Position numbers and translations under genes: made by a program
The notes under the pieces: generated by a model
What the model was told of the DNA's origin: nothing
Databases searched by the model: none
What the model saw: the letters and a program-made list of their open reading frames with translations, nothing else
Part shown: positions 55,735 through 61,132 of the stretch, piece by piece
Position numbering within the stretch: the stretch's first letter is position 1
Layout of the letters: each line of letters opens with the position of its first letter
Source of the DNA: Verrucomicrobiota bacterium
GTDB taxonomy: Bacteria; Verrucomicrobiota; Verrucomicrobiia; Verrucomicrobiales; DEV007
Assembly: GCA_045046875.1 (NCBI GenBank)
Contig: JASFYY010000029.1
Coordinates: forward strand, 1-61,132
Direction of reading: 5' to 3'
DNA length: 61,132 nt

Positions 55735-58278
55735 CTACTTCTTTTTGTCTTCTGCTTTGGGCACGGCTTTGACTTCGACGGATATAGGGAAAGACGGGCT
55801 GGCAAACTCAGTGTCTTTTTCCTTGGCTTTAGTTTCCAAGGCTTTGGCATTTTTCTCAGCACTGACTCTAAGTTGTTCGGCTTTTTTTGCCCGGGCATTG
55901 GCGGCGGTAACTTCTTTTTTGACGGCGTCGAGTTTGTTTTGTGCGGTGCTGGTCTTTTTGTTGAGATCGGTGCGGGCGGCATCGTCACTCGCCGCCGCCG
56001 CATTCTTTTTGGCCAGGTCTAGATTTTTCTGTTCCTGCACCAGCAAGGTTTTTTGTTGCGTGGCAGCTGAGGTGAATTTTTTAGTCAAATCTGTTAGGCG
56101 TTTGCTTTCAGTCAGGGCTAGGGCTGCTGCTGCCGGATTGTTTTTATATTTGGCGATGCCTACTCCTTGTAGAATGAATTGATAACGCCCGGGTTCGATT
56201 TTAAAATTGCCGCTAGGTTTGAAGTCGATGGTCAGTTTGCCGTCGGTTTTTTTCTCAGCGATGGTGATTTTGGGGTGGCCCCGGTGCATGCCAGGGAAGC
56301 CTTCCACCTGCACGGTTAGATTTCCTTTGCGAGTTCCGAAGTCGGTGACCTTTATAGGGATTTCCAGTTTTTGATTCAGTTCTACCGTCCAGGTTTTGTT
56401 CTCTGTTGGATTGACTACCGCAGGAGTAATTTCTTTATCGGTGACAGAAAGCACGGTTTCGAGGTCAAAGCGGGAGCGGACACGGGTGCTGTCGGAAAAA
56501 ACGTAACCCCAAACCAAAGAGGCGTTACGCGCTTCGTGTTTGACGGCTTCGCCATTGATGGTGGCACTGCCTATGATTTTGATGGCTCCTGCCCAAGCGG
56601 CGGCATTGCCATCTGCTTTCACAACTAAAAACCCCCGGTCACTTTTTCCACTTAGAACCAGGGCCTGTGAGGTCACTCCTTTGGGTAGGCCGGTGGCGGT
56701 GATGGTTATGTCGCCCTCGAAGCCGTCCTGGCGCGGAACCGCCACTCGATAGGCAAGCGACCCACTGCGGCGGAGCAGGGGGGCGGCAGGGTATCCGTTG
56801 CGGCCATCGGCTAACACACGTTCGGTGGTGGTGACCACTTGAAAATCATGTTGAGCCGGGCGCAGTGCAAGCCGGTAGAGATGGGCGGGGCTGCCTCCGG
56901 CAAGTTGGTTGATCAGGGTGATTTGGTAGTCGCTATCTTGATCTGCGGTGAAGTTGATGGCGGCATCCAAGGTGTCGATGTTGGTGGCGTCACGGTTGTC
57001 TTTGCTGAAAAAGCTGACAGGATCATCGTTATCCACTACTTTGCTGAGAGTTTTTTTACCTTTGTCATCCTGACTGATTTTTTCGATCATGATGAAAGGA
57101 TCCGCGCTTGTCGCCATTTGATCGCTGATACATTCCAGCCAGTAGATGGTGCCTTTTTTAGCGGTGAAAATAAAGCTGTCCGTATCACCGGCCTGATTGA
57201 AGCGACCGGCGATTTCGCAAGGGACGGTGACTTTTTGTTTGTCGATCGCCGGGTTTTCTTTAACGACGGGAGCCGAGGCGTAACCAATGCGGACGGCATT
57301 GGAATTTCCGACTTTGTATTCAAAACCGGGCAGCAGCGCTCGCCGAGGTGTGTCAGAACTGAAGCTATGTGGGGCATCGCTTTTTTGCGGCACTTGCAGA
57401 TCAACTTCCAAGCTTTCCAGAGCTTTGCCGTTGATGGAGGTATTGCTGCCGAGACTACCTCCGGGTAGGTTGCGGCCGTAGATGGTGAAGCGGCTTTTGT
57501 CGCCCGCTTGCCCGGCAGGCGGAAAAACAAAGTCGATGTGCGGAGCACGTGAAGCGATCAATCGATAGAAGTGTTGATTGCTGCCTCGATAGAGAATGTC
57601 CGATACGGCAATGAAATAATCACCGTCCACAGGTGGGGTAAAATCGACTAGAGGATCGCGACCAAAATATTCACGATTGCTTTCGAGTTCCCGCCCGGCA
57701 CTGTCGTAAATTGCCAAAATGCCATCCGCTTTGGAATCGAGGCGCTCCGCCCAAAGTTGGATCAACAAACGTTGGCCTTTTTTGCCGGGTATTTTATACC
57801 AATCAATATTGCGGTTTTCTAGAATTCCCAATACTCCGGTTTCAATCGCAAGTGGCATAGCGGTGTCGCGACTGGAGTGGCTGCCTTCTTCTTTGATTTC
57901 TGTGGCGTTTTTGGGCAATACCAGAAATGGGCGGGCGGTGGACAAACCAAAATAACCCAGCGTGCGCACTTCGTAGATCCCTGGTGGTAAGTCAGCGGGG
58001 AAGCTGACGTCAAAATAGTTTTTTTGCGGGCGGGCGGCGGGGTAGAATTCATCGGCAGGTAACATCACCGGAGTGACCTTGATCCGGCTATCAGAAAATC
58101 GTAACGTTTTCACGTCGTCGGTAAAGCTACCTGAAAAAGTAAGCTTTGCGCTTGCTCCTGCTTTGGCGACAGGCGGAGTGATGATCAATAAATCAGCATT
58201 GGGTAGCTGGGCCGAGACAGTGGATGCCAGTAAAAAAAAGGCAAATAGAAGAGGGGGTAGGGGTAAGCTTTTTTTCAT
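55735..58278 (-). CDS. Secreted PPC-domain protein, paralog 1
   Basis: Same architecture as 53176-55707 with long identical blocks (PPGIY.VR.LGYFGLSTARPF, INQLAGGSPAHLYRLALR, GNFKIEPGRYQF). Confidence 0.8.
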   Translation of the reverse strand: MKKSLPLPPLLFAFFLLASTVSAQLPNADLLIITPPVAKAGASAKLTFSGSFTDDVKTLRFSDSRIKVTPVMLPADEFYPAARPQKNYFDVSFPADLPPGIYEVRTLGYFGLSTARPFLVLPKNATEIKEEGSHSSRDTAMPLAIETGVLGILENRNIDWYKIPGKKGQRLLIQLWAERLDSKADGILAIYDSAGRELESNREYFGRDPLVDFTPPVDGDYFIAVSDILYRGSNQHFYRLIASRAPHIDFVFPPAGQAGDKSRFTIYGRNLPGGSLGSNTSINGKALESLEVDLQVPQKSDAPHSFSSDTPRRALLPGFEYKVGNSNAVRIGYASAPVVKENPAIDKQKVTVPCEIAGRFNQAGDTDSFIFTAKKGTIYWLECISDQMATSADPFIMIEKISQDDKGKKTLSKVVDNDDPVSFFSKDNRDATNIDTLDAAINFTADQDSDYQITLINQLAGGSPAHLYRLALRPAQHDFQVVTTTERVLADGRNGYPAAPLLRRSGSLAYRVAVPRQDGFEGDITITATGLPKGVTSQALVLSGKSDRGFLVVKADGNAAAWAGAIKIIGSATINGEAVKHEARNASLVWGYVFSDSTRVRSRFDLETVLSVTDKEITPAVVNPTENKTWTVELNQKLEIPIKVTDFGTRKGNLTVQVEGFPGMHRGHPKITIAEKKTDGKLTIDFKPSGNFKIEPGRYQFILQGVGIAKYKNNPAAAALALTESKRLTDLTKKFTSAATQQKTLLVQEQKNLDLAKKNAAAASDDAARTDLNKKTSTAQNKLDAVKKEVTAANARAKKAEQLRVSAEKNAKALETKAKEKDTEFASPSFPISVEVKAVPKAEDKKK

Positions 58279-58326
58279 TTCACTTGTTTGCGAGGGCGAA
58301 AAACTGGCAGGGTGTTTGACTGATAT

Positions 58327-60879
58327 TTAATGATTGAAGAGAAATTCCTTGGTATTGACCAATACCCATAGAATATCTTCGAAAGCTTCTTGTTCAGCTT
58401 TGGCCGCAGGCAGCTTTTTGGGATCAGCTGCCGACAAGGCACGTTTCTTTTTCAGATGATTTTTGGCAAAACCGAGTTCGTTTTGGTTGGGAGGACGTGA
58501 GACGGCCTGGATATAAATCTCGGTGATGCGGTCATCGTCACTGCGGTCCTTTTCCTTGGCCAGGGTGTGGGCACGGCCTTTGCTGTTGCCTATGATGGCT
58601 TGGATTTTATCCGAATTGATCAGGTGCAGGCTTTGGCCGAGGTTGGCGTCGCCGGTGCGTTCGCTCTCACTGGCAGTATCCATTTGAGGGCGACCAAACA
58701 TGGTCAGGAATTCTGATTCTTTGTTGGCGTTGTCATCCGGCAGAGCGATGGCGCGAACCCCCATGGGTTGTTTGTTGAATGAGTTTTCTGTTCCCGCTAC
58801 TTCATTGATCGAATCAAGCAGCACCTCGGCTTGCAGACGTTTGGGGTAATAACGGGCGAAGTTTTGCTCGTCGTCGCCATTGTGCTCATTGGGCTCCGCG
58901 CTCAGTTGATAGGTGCGGCTGTTGCAAATGGTGCGGATGAGGTCTTTGAGGTCAAAGCCGCTATCAATGAAATGCTGGGTGAGTTGTTTCATCAACTTGG
59001 GGTGGGTGGCCGGATTGGTTGGACGGATATCGTCTTCCGGCTCGACCAGTCCACGGCTGAAAAAATGTTTCCAGTAACGATTAACCAGCATTCTGGCAAA
59101 GTAGGGGTTGTTTTTAGATCGAACCCAATCAGCAAGCTGTCTTCGAGGATCCTCTTCAGCGGGGATGTCTAGCTCTTTGCCACCCAGCGGAGTGGGTTTG
59201 ATGATTTTTTTGCTGTTGGGGTTTTGAGCCTGGGCAGCTTTACGATTATGGTAGATGATGTCTTCCTCGGGCAGTTTGTAGATCTCTTTGCGACCGATGG
59301 TAGTGAAAAAAGCGGTCAGGCCATAGTAGTCGTCCATACTCCATTTTTCGTAGGGGTGATGGTGACATTGGGCGCATTGCATACGGATGCCGAGAAAAAC
59401 CTGGGCGATGTCCTGCATTTGCTCTTTGGGATCTTTGACAACGCGATACCAGCTGACAGCTGGATTTTCGCTGGTTTTACCACTGGCGGTGATCAGTTCA
59501 CCGGCGATTTGGTCGTAAGGTTTGTTTTTAAGCAAGCTGGAGCGGAGCCAGGAGTGGAATGCATAGGTATTGCGTGAAACCCAATCAAGGCCGCCGCCAC
59601 TTTTGTTTCGTAGCAGTCCAACCCACTTGCCGGCAAAAAAATCAGCGTAACCTGTGCTGTCGAGAAGTTCATCGATTTTCACAGCACGTTTTTTGGGGTC
59701 TTTGGATGCGAGGAAAGTTTTGCTTTCTTCAATCGAAGGAAGGCGACCAGCGATGTCCAGTGAAACCCGGCGCAGGAAGGTGTTGTCGTCACTGTTGCCC
59801 GATGGGGGCAGACCGAGAATGGTGAGTTGGTGAAAAATCTGCTCATCGATGAAATTGTTGGGCTTGGGCAGGGGAGGCATCTTGATGCCGAGTGGGATGA
59901 TTGCCATGAAAACATCGATCTGTTCTTGGAAACGAACCATCACCGAGGTGGTTCCCGTCAGACTCTCGAAACTGATCAGGCCAGTCTCATCAACTTCGGC
60001 CATGTCTTCCTGATTCGATTCAAATTGAGCTGAGTGGGTGATATCACGAGTGCTGCCGTCACTGAAATAGGCGGTGACCAGAAGTTGTTGTTTACTGTGA
60101 GGTTGGACGATTCTTTCTCTAGGAAAAATCTCGATACGTTCGACCACTGGATCATTGTCAGGGGTGTAGATGGTGCCTTCTTCGATCCAGCGCAGCATTT
60201 TTTTGTAAGCGAGGGATTCCTCGTCGATACGTGCCCCGCCACCGTGTGGAGTTTCTCCGGTTAACTTGGTAAGCAATAGGCTGTGTTTTGGCGATGCGGG
60301 GAAAATACGCCGTCCACGGGATTCGTTGACGATGTATTCGTGGTCCATCTCCGGGCTGTATCCAAAGAGAGAGAGGCGGAAGCCGTTTTGCCCGGCGGAT
60401 TTGGCGTGACAGGCACCGGCATTGCAGCCGTTGCGGGTAAAGACCGGAACGATGTCATTGGGGAAACTGATTGGCGGCGGCGTTTTAAAACGATTCACCG
60501 TGACTTGAATGCTAGCGCTTTTGTCGCTTTTGTGACTGACCGTGATGGTCGTTTTTCCATCGGCAAGAGGGGTGATGAAGCCGTGGGAATCCACTTCGAC
60601 AATACCGGCGGGGGTAGATGTGAATGTTGCCTTGGTGGTCACATCGAGTAAGGGTGTTTTTTTATTACTGCTAGTGGCAGTGATGACCATTTGCTGGCGT
60701 GAGTCAGGGCCAACCAAGATCACCTCTTTGGCTCCCAAACGAGCAGTGATGGAAAGACTGCTTGTTGCGGGGGGGGCAGAAGGAGGGGCGGTGCCGGTCT
60801 TTTTTTCCTCATTTGAGAAAGAAAGGCCAGTCATCAGAAAAAAAGCGGCAAGAACTTGAAAGGGGAGTCGGATTTCCAT
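58327..60879 (-). CDS. Big_2 + DUF1549 (PSCyt2) + DUF1553 (PSD1) secreted protein
   Basis: GCNAGACH...GQNGFRLSLFG, FLRRVSLD..GRLP, FLGIRMQCAQCHHHPYEKW, VNRYWKHFFSRGLVEP.DD, C-terminal EFLFNH. Confidence 0.92.
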   Translation of the reverse strand: MEIRLPFQVLAAFFLMTGLSFSNEEKKTGTAPPSAPPATSSLSITARLGAKEVILVGPDSRQQMVITATSSNKKTPLLDVTTKATFTSTPAGIVEVDSHGFITPLADGKTTITVSHKSDKSASIQVTVNRFKTPPPISFPNDIVPVFTRNGCNAGACHAKSAGQNGFRLSLFGYSPEMDHEYIVNESRGRRIFPASPKHSLLLTKLTGETPHGGGARIDEESLAYKKMLRWIEEGTIYTPDNDPVVERIEIFPRERIVQPHSKQQLLVTAYFSDGSTRDITHSAQFESNQEDMAEVDETGLISFESLTGTTSVMVRFQEQIDVFMAIIPLGIKMPPLPKPNNFIDEQIFHQLTILGLPPSGNSDDNTFLRRVSLDIAGRLPSIEESKTFLASKDPKKRAVKIDELLDSTGYADFFAGKWVGLLRNKSGGGLDWVSRNTYAFHSWLRSSLLKNKPYDQIAGELITASGKTSENPAVSWYRVVKDPKEQMQDIAQVFLGIRMQCAQCHHHPYEKWSMDDYYGLTAFFTTIGRKEIYKLPEEDIIYHNRKAAQAQNPNSKKIIKPTPLGGKELDIPAEEDPRRQLADWVRSKNNPYFARMLVNRYWKHFFSRGLVEPEDDIRPTNPATHPKLMKQLTQHFIDSGFDLKDLIRTICNSRTYQLSAEPNEHNGDDEQNFARYYPKRLQAEVLLDSINEVAGTENSFNKQPMGVRAIALPDDNANKESEFLTMFGRPQMDTASESERTGDANLGQSLHLINSDKIQAIIGNSKGRAHTLAKEKDRSDDDRITEIYIQAVSRPPNQNELGFAKNHLKKKRALSAADPKKLPAAKAEQEAFEDILWVLVNTKEFLFNH

Positions 60880-61132
60880 ATTCGATATTTAGGTAGAGCG
60901 CTAGAGGCAGTTTTAAAGGGCAATAGGGTTGTGTAGGGATAAGGGCTGACAGGATTTAAGAGAGAATGGGCGGTATTAACCGTTTTATAGCTACACAAAC
61001 CCCTACAAATTAGAGGGCTTTTAGGCGAAAAAGTTCAAAAAACGTCGAAAAGATGTGAAGATGGAGGGATGAATATAGCTGTATGGAAGATACCACCATG
61101 ATGAGTAGCTGTAAATATATTGATAGGGGACT

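Noticed and set aside
60880..61132. AT-rich terminal intergenic stretch as ncRNA or riboswitch
   Set aside because: No convincing structure or motif; likely the promoter region of the DUF1549 operon, truncated by the window.

Overview
Chromosomal window of a PVC-superphylum bacterium, most likely an aerobic Verrucomicrobiota member. This is inferred from the PSCyt/DUF1549-DUF1553, ceramidase-family, sulfatase and Y1-transposase gene types, not from a database search. From left to right it carries: (1) an 11-gene heme-copper (aa3-type) cytochrome c oxidase and assembly operon, cut at the window edge. Subunit I appears to lack the K-channel lysine, subunit III has a ~290-aa insertion, and the DUF420 gene is fused to DUF1573-like Ig domains. 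(2) A leaderless MazF-type toxin-antitoxin pair. (3) Rhodanese, L,D-transpeptidase and secreted hypothetical genes. (4) A PerR/Irr-like regulator-sufCBD operon with an ICE/Per-like box. (5) An AT-rich islet with an orphan Rhs core, a putative permuted-papain toxin, an immunity gene, a ycxB-like pseudogene, tandem REP-like hairpins and a Y1 (HUH) transposase. (6) Housekeeping genes (parvulin, glycerate kinase, fabD, gcvH-like, thiH/thiS, acpP, accA, panB, folK, dapB/A/F, trpA). (7) A secreted catabolic cluster (PQQ-type propeller, sulfatase, two ceramidase-family proteins, ABC-2 exporter). (8) A four-gene secreted heme-c/PPC/WD40 operon of unknown function. No rRNA, tRNA or CRISPR array was seen. 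All family calls come from motif recognition by eye.
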